Assembly (NCBI GenBank): GCA_038496445.1 | Contig: JALMLS010000270.1 | Coordinates: forward strand, 1 to 64,000 | Direction of reading: 5' to 3' | Origin: Trichosphaerium sp. ATCC 40318 | Lineage: Eukaryota; Protista; Tubulinea | Length of the DNA: 64,000 nt | Notes under the pieces: model-generated | What the model was told of the DNA's origin: nothing | The model's input: only the letters and a program-made list of their open reading frames with translations | Database searches by the model: none | In this document: positions 26,278 through 38,938 of the stretch, one piece after another | Layout of the letters: every line of letters starts with the position of its first letter | Numbering within the stretch: position 1 is the first letter of the stretch | Made by a program: the position numbers and the translations under genes

Positions 26278-27001
26278 CTTTTACTATAAACTAGAGAGTT
26301 AGGACCTTTTTGTGTGCAACAACCGCCATTTTCACTCACACTTACAATAAAACTAAAATAGCGCTTGTAAAAAAAGAGATAAGACGTACTCTTGAATTGT
26401 ATTACTTGATATTGAGGAAAGTTGACTTTTTTATTCTTGAACATTTGCGTCCTTCAACAAAAATGTTCCCGAACATAAAGGACACAAAGAGCTGGACCTG
26501 ATCATACAAAAACCATTACAATGCTTTGTTTTCGCGATATGTGGAAATACAACTCGTTTTTCGATCGTTCAAATAGTGGACTGTCGAGATTAATCTTTGA
26601 AAGTTCCGACGAAATGTGAAACCTTAAACAACGGTGACAATTATTACGAGCTACTGTGAATGGTAACATAGGATACTATTTCCGAGTGGTATCCAAAGGT
26701 CAAAAAATTAGAAATCCTGTACTCCTAAGGTCGTTGGTACGTGTACAAGGAAAACTAACTACTTATACGAAGAATATCCATGGGAAGAGTAAAAGAAATA
26801 TACAAGAAATGGGATGAAAGTCCATCTCAACATGTAAAGTTATTGCTATTTGATGAGAGGAATTTGTAGTAGTACTTCTACTATGTTGTATTTGAAAGAC
26901 CCTATACTGGTGTACTTGAATCAAGTGATGAGCGATGTACCTGCTCACAAGAGCAATTGCGATGGTTTTTATTTTTCTAACAAATGCAAAGCAAGACTAA
27001 A

Positions 27002-29604
27002 TCAGAACTGCGTTGATACAAATTCAGGTTCGTTGTTGTTATCTCCAATTGGAGAAATTGGAAACACTTTTAAATTTAATTGTTGAATCCTTTCTTTTGA
27101 GTAGCCGTACATGCGTAGCACCTGCCAAAAAAATCATGTGAGTAAAAGCTAAGCTGATAGTGTTACTGTTAATATTGTTTACCCCTTCAATATCACTAAG
27201 TTGATAGCGCTTTTGTCCCAAAGCTGTTGTGAAAGGTTCTGTGCCACTAGTACTTGTTAGTATATCAATGTCTTTTAATTTTTTGGTATTATGTTGACTG
27301 TACGTACATCAATATTCCCTTGAATTAGATTACCGGCAGCAACTCTCTTGTATTCCTCACCGTCGAATACAAATGGTACGTCAAGTTTTAAACTGTTTGA
27401 ATCTATAACACTTAGCACGAAATTGTAATACAGTATGAAAGCAGTTTTGTTATTCAAAGAATGTACTACCTTTAGTTCGTATCTCATGCAGTTGCCCAAG
27501 CGGCTGCAATTATTGTATTAGTAATAAGTTACTATAGTAGTATAATTATTGGGTTACCGTATCATAAACTTGGTATTGTTCCGATGGACGACGTGTTAAA
27601 ATGACAGGTGTTCTGACTTTTACTTTTTGTGCAAATGCTAAGAAACGTAAGTCGAAAGAAACCTTACAGGAGTCACAAACAAGTGTACATTTAAAAATAA
27701 TGAGATCCGCTGCAAGTGTATACTCAATGGAAGCAATGTACGCGACGTCTTGTGGTATAGTTGGTTGTAGATTATCAGGTAGCTTCATTTTCAATGAAAG
27801 CGTTTTTGTCTCTCCAGGGAGAACAGGAAAGTAGCTCTCGTCTTCCACATGTACTTTTTTCATTGGCAGAATCTCAGTTTTGGTGTGTACAGTCGAGAAA
27901 TGGCTAGCATGAGCTGTGACTAATCCACGTATTCCTACAATCATTTTTTGAACCGGTTCTGAAGAGTTATTCGCGATTGTCTGTTCAGCAAAACACAATT
28001 AGAACATGCAAAAAAAGAGCTAACCCAAAAAAACAATCATAAAACTCAAGTATCATTTCAACGTACTGCCGTATAGGCAAGGTTTTCTCCAATATAGCAG
28101 GGTTGTTCAAGATGCAAGTTAAGCGAAACTGTACCTTCATTATGCTTATCTAATAATAGAATAAGGATGGTAGACAGCTTATATGATTTGTTTACCTCCT
28201 TGGTCTTTGCTGACTTCTAGAACTGGAACCGGCGGAGGAGGAGTTATAACAGTAAATTCCTAGCACATGGTGTTTGCATTTAGTGTCTATAAAAAAGAGT
28301 ACCCTCGATTTTAGTTGATGAACTTTGAAAACTCCTTTGCCTGGTGTTTTTAATCTTATAAGATATTGACACCATGCATGCGCAGTCCTGAATGAAGGTG
28401 GTACTTGCGTGGGTATAGTAAACTCAAAGGGCCACATGTGTTCCCCTGTATCAAGCGACTACGGACACTTTAGTAAGAGGCAACGTAAAACCTACCTGTG
28501 AATTAAGACGATGAGCGTTATATAAGAAAATAATCTCTTCTCTGTACGTATCAGTGTGTCTGTTGTCACCAGTTCCCTAAATGAAATATACGTTAGTAAG
28601 GAAGAAAACATGAACTTAAGTCTAACATCTCGGTACTTACACGTGATTCTGTCCACCAACATATTTGAGCGCCCGACACAATCACTAGAGAAACATGTAA
28701 AGACAGTTGCTAGAAGCTACGTACATTCTATCCATGGAATGGTTGTTTCCATGTCCAAATTGCACACGACGACACCCCGAACTGTCTAGAAACATAGCCT
28801 TGAGCAAAGGTTGATGATTGGCATTGATACCTCTCCTGGTTGGTATGTTTCTTTTTCTAATACAGTTTGTATTTGTGACAAGCCAATATTAAAGCGTCTA
28901 GCAAAACTAATACATCAACGTTAATTTTAAGGCCATAACGAGATAGTAATGAAGTGGGGAAAGAAAGTAATCATACTTCGTTGACAAAGGACCACGTTTG
29001 AATGATAAATTTAAGTGCACTTCCACGTGCTCATCACCAGCATTTTCCTTCGCATAAAATCAACAAAAAACAACCAAACAGCTTGGGGGAGGCTGAGTCA
29101 ATCTTAAATTATTGCGTACTGTTAACGTAAGATGCTTTTCAAGAATGCCACCTTCAGTTATCGTATTAATACTATTGTACAATAGTTAGAGTGTGGGACA
29201 GGTTTTTTCTTACTTACGGTATCTTTATATCCCCCAAGTGCTTGTTCTTAAACAGTTGTTTGCCCTTGACGTGTACTTGAAGACTATTTTTCTCACAGTC
29301 AGGTACTTCCATCAAATATTCTTTAAACCACTACCAACCTGTTAAAACACGTGATAATACGATGTACACATAATTACGTATACAGAGCCTTCAACATGAT
29401 GCATCCCTTTTGTTCTGAACTTTGCATGTCTGTCAGTTTCATAGTCGAGCATGAGACTACAAAATACTAAACGCAGTGAATAACTATATTGTAACTAGCT
29501 TATGACATACCTTCTCCTGTAAAGGAGACATTAGATGCCCTTATAACTTTAACATAAAGCTGTCCCTGTGTTCCACCAACGGCAGAAGTAGGTGCCTCAG
29601 CCAT
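27002..29604 (-). CDS. C2-domain + arrestin-domain protein (similar to Dictyostelium AdcB/AdcC)
   Basis: N-terminal C2 (GQLYVKVIRASN...KFRTK...LGDIKIPI), arrestin N (YQPGETVRG, GEHMWPFEFTIPTQVPPSF) and arrestin C (LPDNLQPTI, SIEYTL). Confidence 0.85.
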
Positions 29605-30463
29605 GTGGTATTTGTAAATTGGTTAAGTCAGTGACGACAAATAAGGAAAGTTGAACGCTGCCTCATTCCCAAAACTACAGTGTTCCCAAAAATACAACGA
29701 AAGAGTATACTATTCGGTACAACTTAACTTGAGCTTGGTAGCTAATACAATAGTAATCCACGGTGATACATGAGCCAAAATTCCATGAACACTGTACATT
29801 CCTGATTTTTTAGTATTCATAGAATTGCAAGGCCGTTAATCTCAAAAGGTTTCAAGCTGAGCTTACTTACAAGGGTGATAGCCTACGCCAAATCAAGGCG
29901 TACTACCCAATACTTTTATGGTTCGCAGTGTAGTCAAGGAAAGTCGCAACTACACATGTCAAAAAATCTACTGACATTTATTTGAAACCGGGGTGTTTTA
30001 CTAAAAATGAATACTTAGCAAATTGATTTTACATCTCGAGTCAAACACAGGACTTTAAAGTAGAACCGCTGGTGTGGTATATAACCTGTCAAGATTGATA
30101 AAGCTGGTATGTAATTTGTTAAAACAATCAACACATTGTACTAACCTACAAACTATATTTGATAGGTTGGTAACTGTCCAGAAAAAAACCAACTATGCAG
30201 AAGCACAAGATCAAGTGACATTGACTTACTTTAATACTGTATCAAGGTAGTACTATGTTTTCGCAAGCCACGTGATTCGTAACACTGTTATTAGTTGTTC
30301 GATGTGATGGCATTCACTAAGATCTTGGAACTCAATTGCTGTAGCTAAGTTCTTTAAGCGGCACTCAGTTTCGTGCATTGGGATAATATCTTGAGTCATG
30401 CTAGGCAGTCAGCGATATTCTTTGAGTCAGTTTTTCAAATAAAAAATACAAGGCTAACCGACA

Positions 30464-31452
30464 ATGCCAAAGGGAACTGCCATTACACCTAAATATAAAG
30501 AGAAAACTGTTATTACCAAAATAATACTGTTGGGCGACACTGGTACTGTCTTTATAATTTAATCGCTTTACTTACTTTCAGACAGGTCTACGAGTGGGTA
30601 AAACATCAATTATTAGAAGATACAACCAAAATACGTTCTTAGAAAGTACTAGGATGACTATTGGTGTCGATTTTGTACGAATTTTTTACTCTTTTTATTG
30701 TATCGCCCTATTGCCTGTTTCAAGGCTAAGTCAATCGGTTAATTTATCTGATCTTGTTTTAGTGCCTTAAACACATACAAGGCAAAAAGATCAAAGATGT
30801 GAAATTACAAATATGGGAGTGCGTAACCAAAAACACGTGCTTGCATGTGACAAGAAAACTAAAAGAAATGGTTCATGACTTCTTTTTCTAGTACTGCTGG
30901 AAGGGAGCGTGGTTTATCTAATCTAGGTAAGAATTATACCTCCTATAATTAAAGCTAACTTTTATTTCAGGCAAGGTATATTTGCGAGGAAGTCATGTAG
31001 CATTTGTGGTGTTTGATGTAACAAAACGCCACACTTTTGAAAGAGTGGCAGCATATGAAAAGGTGATGGAGCTCACCAAAGATCAGCAATGCTGTATTGC
31101 CATTGTTGGCAATAAAATAGATTTAGAAGGTGAGCGAGAGGTATCAACAAAAGAAGGACGTGAGTTGGCAGACTTTTGGGGTGCTTCATACTTTGAAGTC
31201 AGTGCAAAAGAAGTACGAGTAAAACAACAACTTTTTTGTTCAGTTCTGATCACTTTTTAGGGCACTGGCGTATTTGAGATGTTTGATGAAATGATAAGCC
31301 GTGCTGAAGAATTACACGTAAAGGCAGGACGCCATTTAGAAGAGTCTCCTACTGGGAAAGTTATTGCTCCTGGCGAGAAAGTTATTGTACCTCCAGGAAA
31401 TCACACTTCATTCTTCTCAAGCATACAATCTTGGTTTGGGTTTACCAAGTAA
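30464..31452 (+). CDS. Atypical Rab-like small GTPase, copy 1
   Basis: KIILLGDTG..VGKT, TIGVDF, QIWDTAGRE, VGNKID and EVSAK motifs; ends SWFGFTK with no prenylation Cys. Confidence 0.9.
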
Positions 31453-31619
31453 GCACGGAACTCACAATAAAGCCCTTGTAATTTAGAAAAGTATATTTAG
31501 ACTTGTTTATGTTATATGTAAGAGTACAAGTTATGATTGCAAAAAACCTGATGCTGTTAAAAGAATAATGTTAGAATGGATGAGTGAATTTTTCATCTAA
31601 TTCGGCCTCAAGGGTGATT

Positions 31620-33978
31620 CTACCACCAATTCCAAGTTTCTACGGCCATGTTGAACAGATTATCTAAACTGAACTTTGCTTTGTTGCTCTTCATCTCACC
31701 ATCGCATGGATTTTGAATTGAAGCCATTTCCCAAACAGCATCAAACTTTACAACTAGATTTGCTTTTTCACCTTGAAAAAAATTAAACAAGCTGAATTTG
31801 GCGGTTACAATACCTCCAAAGCATTCGAGGACTTTTGCAAGTTCAGAATTGTGTTCAATCTCAAACTTGTCATTCATACGAACTCGATTTTTGGCAACCT
31901 AATCCATGAGAAAATGTGGAAAAAAATGAGAATAAAATTCATGAGTGTGCCTTTGTGCCTGCAATCTGCACGTGGCCAGAATGTATTTCGACATCTTCAT
32001 CATCTCTTTCTCCTGATCTATCCATACAGTGCGCTCGCCCATTTGCTATCATCTTAATTTCCAGACCAACAGGTTTTGAATCAGAAAAAACGACAAAATC
32101 TGCAACAAGCAATAAGTCTCCAAGAATTTTGAGCTATATACGCACGTAGGACACCTTTGTAATCAACAGTAAAGCTATCGTTAGAACTTTCAACGCTATC
32201 ATCACATTTTTCGCTCTCAGATTTCTTTATAATGTAGGTCTACAAGGTGGTTATGTGGAGTGATGAAATTAAACTTGAAGCAAAAACAATCAAACATTTA
32301 CGTTCAAAAGACCTTCCGTCTCATATTTGTCACAAGTGGATTCTGCCTTGGTTCTAAGGTAAACGTATTTTCGATAGGTATGTTTTTTTGACATTTTTGG
32401 ATCCTTTTTCAGAACGCAGTTCCTGTACTTGCATAAGAGATATTATATTTTTTTCAACGTACCATTTATTAAGCGCATAATTCTTCCAATACACATCATC
32501 ATCTGAAACTATGCTGCACCATTTCTTGCAAGTTGACGCTAATGCTAACGTATTTTGCACTGGTAACTGTACAAAAATACAGCACAAGACCTCAGGTGGG
32601 AACATCTTTAAATTTTTAGTCTACAAAAATATTTTTATAATTACAGAAAAACTAACCTGGAAGATCTCAGTTGCTTCCGAATCTAGCAACACTTCATCAC
32701 GTTTTGGTATTGTAACTTGTAAATTATAAAGCGCAGCCTTACACGTGATTAGAAACAACTAAAACAAAGGAACAATCAATACCTTATCATCACTTTTGCT
32801 GCTATATTCTGACATTAGAGCGCTTGGCACGTGACCTCCAATCACTTGGAGAAAAAAGTACCCAAACTTTAACAACTTCACCTTGCCTACGCCTTTGAGC
32901 GCTAGCATTTCTTTGGCATTTGTTGGTTGATTCTGGACATTTCGTTAACTAAAAATTGTAGCTTTAGAGCGTGTACCTGCGCCAATAACAGCAGTACTTC
33001 GTTTGAAAACACTGTGTAATGTGGTTTACCTTCCTTGTTCGCAATGAGAGTTCTCATTGTTTTAAGCGCATTATACAGATCTCTAGAAAGTAGTGAGTGA
33101 CGTCTTAATAGTAAAAATGTTTGGTTACCGTTTTTCTGCAGGTAGATGCTCAAGCATCTTCGCATGAGTATTTTTTTTCTTTTTGCCTTTGGTGTTTTTA
33201 CGTTTGGAAGACATTGCGACAGGCAGAGATTGATTGACTTAGTCAAAAATAGTTACTAAATTGACTGTTCTCTTAAAATATTTTGCGATACTTGTTGCTG
33301 TTCACAAGCTAAATAGTAGGAATCAGTTTCTTGTTTCTTTCGAAACTTTGTTTTTGTATGAAAGACTAGCATATTCCGTTATGTTTTTTGTATACTAAAT
33401 GTTCCTGAGAGTTGTGCTAGCGATTAAACAATGTTGTTTATTTTATAGCTTTCTAAAAATACACTGTGTTTTTTGTACATTTACGACAGATTTTGTATAA
33501 TACAATATATTCACTTACGATTATTAATGTGTGCAACAAATTTCATAGATTTGAATATTCTTCTTTCATTTGCTAAGGAATTTTTCAGAGAAAGTCTGGC
33601 CAATCTCTCTTGATTAGATGCCATTCAAGAAAATTCGAAAACTGATTTCGTGCTGTTTGTGGTATTCTCTTTGTTTGGTAAACATGGTAAGGACCTCTTT
33701 ATTTCTACGCTTGATGTGTTTTCCTTTATTCTTCTTTCTCTGTAAGCTTCTGTGATAGCTGTCAAATACTTTTTTTTTATTCTTCTTCTTTTAACTTTCT
33801 CACTTCCTTCTCTACTACCAACTACTCTTGTACGTTTTTTAGACTTATTTAACGATAATGGTGCTTTGTGAGGGATAGGTTTTATATTTGAAACGTTCTC
33901 TTTGATAGCATCTTCAAGGTTTTCAATGTATAATTTTGTGTTTTCATTTCGCACATCACAACAAGGTAACTCGTCCAT
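31620..33978 (-). CDS. HRDC-domain + F-box protein
   Basis: HRDC (LYNALKTMRTLIANKEGKPHYTVFSNEVLLLLAQNQPTNAKEMLALKGVGKVKLLKFGYFFL) splices in frame to an F-box (LKMFPPEVLCCIFVQLPVQNTLALASTCKKW). Confidence 0.7.
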
Positions 33979-34139
33979 AGATGTACTAATTCATAGTTAA
34001 TAAAACGCAAACAAATACACATATTATGGTTGTGTTACCAATAATATAAAGGGTATTTAAGCCTTGTTGTTAGAAAGGCTAGTAAGTCATCGAAAAGTTG
34101 ATCTTGACTTAAGAGGTTTTTTGGATTAAAGAATTGTTG

Positions 34140-35627
34140 TTACCTTGCATAGAGATGTGAGAATTCATGTTCAGGTATTCTTTTAGGTATCTCTTCACCA
34201 ATCATAGCAGCTGTAACACGTGTAGCTAAACGCGACCAATGTGTAGGAGAATATCCACCTCCACCCAGAACAAGTGTTGGTAAGTTTAATTCAGATACGC
34301 TTAAAGCACACTTTACATAACCTGTAGCACATTATAACTCAGTAAAAAAATAAGAAACAGCCTTCATTACATACCTTCATAAGTAAGCGAGAAACCACCC
34401 AAAGGATCACCTTTTAGGCTATCACCACCACACACGAATACAACTGCTTCTGGGTTGTATTTTTTATGAACTCTTTGAAGCGTCCTTTTGAATAGAGAGC
34501 AATAGTCGTCATCTTCAATACCTGCTTTTAAAGGTACATTGAGAGTATAATGCATCCCTTTCCTTGTTCCAACATCTATTATTTCACCCTAGCAGAAACG
34601 GTCATGATCTAACACTCGTGCAATAAAAATATTTTTATCACGTGACTGTTATTAAATGTATCTTTATTTTTCGCGGGTACCTTATTTGGGAAGAATCCTG
34701 GCTCGTGACGATGAAAATCAAGAACAAAAGTGCGATTGGATGCATAGAACGCTTCTTGAACTCCATCTCCAGTATGAATATCAATGTCAACGTATAACAC
34801 TGAAGAGAACTTTCTATATGAATACTATAAGCATCAAGATACGGCAATAGAATGGCGTATTGCCAAGGTATTTGCGTACCTTAATAGTCGCAAAATAGCT
34901 AAAGATGCATCATTAACATAACAAAATCCTGAGGCTTTGTGAGATTGCGCATGGTGTCTCCCACCAAACCAATTAAATACAAGCCTCGTTGTTCCAGATG
35001 TTAACAGAGTTGCTGCTGATACACTACTTCCTCCAACAGCCTTAACGTAATCCCACATACCTCTAAATTCTATTGGTAACGGTAAAATGTAAAAGAAATC
35101 AAAAACAGCTTTTTCTGAAACTGCTTCACTGTTTTTGGCGCTAATACTCAAGTGATGAAGAAGAATGATCGCTGAGATGCTTTACAAGTATAGTAGGTAA
35201 TTATAGAGTGCACTTACGAGAATGGCGGGCAATCATCTTCTAAACCGTAATCAGTATTTGCTTCGTTGCTATCACCGTCGTCATTTATCGCGTCTTCAAC
35301 CGTTTTTAAATAGTTGATGTAATCTGGCGCGTGAAATTCAAGCAATGTTTGTTCATTGGCAAAAACTGGTGATACAACGCGCATCGCGTGGTGTAGTTTA
35401 AAGGATTGAAGTAGAGCGATAGTCAATAACACTAGGATCAATAAACGTTAAAAGCTTTTAAACAGCAATATATAATCCATTGTTACATTACAACGTTGTT
35501 TACAGCAGTAAGGAGAAGATGTAAAGTAAAACGCCTAAAACGTACTTTTGTTACTATGTTGTTTATGCAATGCATAGAGTTCTGCTAGTTTCTTCGAGTA
35601 AATAAACACAGCTGTAGTTGATGACAT
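34140..35627 (-). CDS. HDAC8: Class I histone deacetylase, HDAC8-like
   Basis: [47 protein letters not shown] and LGGGGY motifs; 3' end uncertain. Confidence 0.88.
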
Positions 35628-35766
35628 TTTGAAATCTGTTTTTTGAATTTGCTCTGACTTTCGGCGTCCAATTGTAATATAAAGCATACCAGGCCATTTA
35701 GTAGACAAAGCATACTAAGTATAATCACTTTCGAGCTTACTATCCATATTAAAGCCATTTTTGATC

Positions 35767-37046
35767 ATGGGCAAGACAGCTTCACGTCCGCTAGCTACTA
35801 CATCGAAAATAGAACAAACCAGAGCGAAATTAAAGCCTAGTACAAGAGCCGCAGCTGATAAATATGTGCAAGCCACAGAAGAAAGCGCAACAGCCATAAA
35901 AACTCACCAACTGACGTCCAAAGGTTCAAATTCAACTACTTAGGTATTATATAGTTACGTAAGCTTTTTAGTGCGTAGAAAGGTAACAACAGCAGAAATA
36001 GAGGAGCTAGTACATAAAGATGCTAAATTGGTGTCTCATTTTGACCAACTTATCGGTACGGATTCAATAACCGCTTTAACCTATAATTTTACGCGTAAAA
36101 CCCCATGTCGTATGTCTAAAACGACGAATAATCAAGTTACAAAAAGACAACAAAAAAGCATACTTGTTGCAAACAGAAGTTGTTTTTAACGGCTTTCTCT
36201 AGGTTCAATTACAGAAAACCGTGAAGTAGAAAATATATACGCAAAGGAGGAAGATTTATCAAGGTTTGTACCTGGATATAAACCAAATCAAAAAATTAAT
36301 CTTGGAAGTACGTACTCACGTGACATGTGTCAAAAACGGAGAAATGAATTTCATTTCCATTTTTCTTTCACCACTTTGCACACGGACAAGCACGCATTTT
36401 TTTTACATTTTCAATGAATCAGTGTTTAATATGAAAATAATGTTTATGAATATGTAGTTGATAAATCTATGCCAACAAACAGACGTGCAGTTAACAATGG
36501 TGTAAGTATTTCTTCTTATTCATTTGCAGTATTTTTGTACAAAATTTAATTTTTTTTGCTTCGAATAGTTGGAAGTAAGTAGCACTGCTGGATTACTTAC
36601 AGCACCAGAAATGAATCACATACTTTCAATGTATGATAGAGTAAGTCATAGATACTTCATTACTACAAATATAACAGCTAATACAAGGGCACTGCTGATA
36701 CACCAGATATACTTTCAAAATATGAAATAAAGGTACAGCAATAAAACCCCAACCCGATTTACGGTTACGGGTTATCACTTAGTGACATCACTATTCATTA
36801 TCGCTATTTATATATAAATAATACAATGCACCAACAGTTTACAGGAGTTTTTACTGACTCGGTATTTAGGGAGATGACCTAGATCAATTGCTAAAATGTG
36901 TAAACTCCCCTATTGCTCTAAGTGTAAACATCGATTACGGAAAGACAAATTATAATAAAAGGGATGAGAAGGGTAACCTCATACCACCTGATCTTTCTAG
37001 AATGTCTGGAGAAATCCAAGAAGAAGAGGAAAAGCGTATTGGCTAG
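35767..37046 (+). CDS. NDUFAF4: NDUFAF4-like complex I assembly factor
   Basis: MG start (possible myristoylation), EELVHKDAKLVSHF and GLLTAPEMNHILSMY...ILSKYEIKGDDLDQLLKCV resemble NDUFAF4 blocks. Confidence 0.55.
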
Positions 37047-37727
37047 TTGTAAAAAAAACGAGAAAAAAAGCCCATTACAATCAAAACACTTGCACTGTAT
37101 CTAGATAAGTTTGGCTTATTTCCACTCCTTTGATATCAGGACTTTTATGAAGCCAAACGCGTAGCAATGCTTCATGGTATGGAAGGTTCATACTAGATAG
37201 TACAAATACATTAGACGTAAAATAAATACTTGCTTCGTTTTATCGTGCAAGGGAAAATTCATTCTACTATGACCTCCAACATTTTAGAATAGGACTGTGG
37301 TATGTATTTCAAACAGCTACAGTACCCATTCAAATAGTGAAACACTTGCTGACCTTGTTACATTCGAAAGAGTGCTACAGTTGGTTTGTAACGAGGAGTC
37401 ACAGCAACTAACATACACCAAAACAAATATACAAGTGAGCGTTAAGCGAGTCAGCCATACAAACAACCAGCCCTCCAAATGTCCGTAGCACACCAACAGA
37501 TCAAAAGGTGCTTACCTCATCAAATAAAGTATGACACGTGTATTTATGCAAATGTGATTGTATATAAGTGTTTTCACACTGATTTTTACCAACACATTAA
37601 ATGTAAGCATACAACCAAGTTGAGGAGTTCCAAAAACTAGAAAACAGATATATTAAACTATGGTCTTATACGAGGCCATAGACTTGAAGAACACAACATT
37701 CATTCACTGTATAAAGTATATTAAATA

Positions 37728-38114
37728 TTACAAACTCAAGTAGCTTGAATAAGATTGAGGGGTGCCCTCCCCGAAGGATATCAGTAATCTTTTAGGATGA
37801 TCAGTATCATTTCTTTTAATAGTACCAGATGCATTAATGTCTTCCTGTAATCCATCAAAGTTTGGATTGCTATTTTCCACTTCATGTTTTAACGCGACTA
37901 TCTGCAACTCGTTGTTGTTTACTACTGTATAAGTACCACTATATTGTCTTGTACTTTGACATCCTCTGTCCGAATGTATGATTTTGAGGTGCCATGTTTT
38001 GTCTTCTTTGTTCAAACTCGGGTATAAGCAAAAGTGCATTCCGCTGAATGTCATGCGATGAGTGTCCTCCGGTTGGTGCTCAAAATTGAATAATTGTTCT
38101 GCTGAATACTCCAT
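37728..38114 (-). CDS. Single-exon hypothetical protein (128 aa, beta-rich)
   Basis: ATG-started ORF with protein-like composition; no family recognised. Confidence 0.5.
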   Translation of the reverse strand: MEYSAEQLFNFEHQPEDTHRMTFSGMHFCLYPSLNKEDKTWHLKIIHSDRGCQSTRQYSGTYTVVNNNELQIVALKHEVENSNPNFDGLQEDINASGTIKRNDTDHPKRLLISFGEGTPQSYSSYLSL

Positions 38115-38938
38115 TTGTTTAATATGCGCTACTGGTACTATTTGATACAGGTCTTGTTAAAAGTCGAAGAGGCGTTTCTATTCTTAGCAACAAAACTGGT
38201 TTTGCTTTTTTTTTTCCTTTTTTTTTTTGTTGTAAAGTCGAAATGTGGTCTTCGAGAGTCTCAGAACTGAAAACCGGAATAAAACACGTATCAATTTTCT
38301 CCACTCCACACAACATAAACGAGTTGTCTGGTGATAAGACTAAATCCAGGGTTGCGTATTTTTGAAAACACAAAATTGCATTAATTTAAGTCAGTGAAGG
38401 CCGGTTTTGCTGTCCGCCACACCCTGGCACGTCATAAAATATCCCCTATATACACAGGAACGGACAGCGGGCTTTACATACTTATTGAGGCAACGTGCGA
38501 CGAAAAAACACAGTTTTGAGTGTTTTTATTGAAGAATTTTCACGTCTTTTCCATTTTTTCGACAAGAGCGTCACGGACTGTCCGGAGATACAAGGGGATA
38601 CGGAGTAGTAGTCTTTAAAAAAATATTTCGTTCAAACTGACACTGATTCAACAAACCAAAAACCAAAAACACAAGTCAAAGAGCGTTTTGTTCAATACCA
38701 AATATTTTTTTTGTTCTGTTTTTTTTTTTTACAAGCTAGCTCGAGAGAAGAGATGATGTATAATGAATGATTGAAGAAATAACATCTCCAACATTCATTA
38801 AAAACATGCATGGTTGTGAAGAGGTGATAGTGCGAGAAGATAAGTTGTAACGACCGTCATGTGTGGTGAGTAGGAGGTTGGGAGATTGGTTTACAACATT
38901 TAATTTGTTGATTGTTTTTCACCTTTCTCTGTCGTTTT

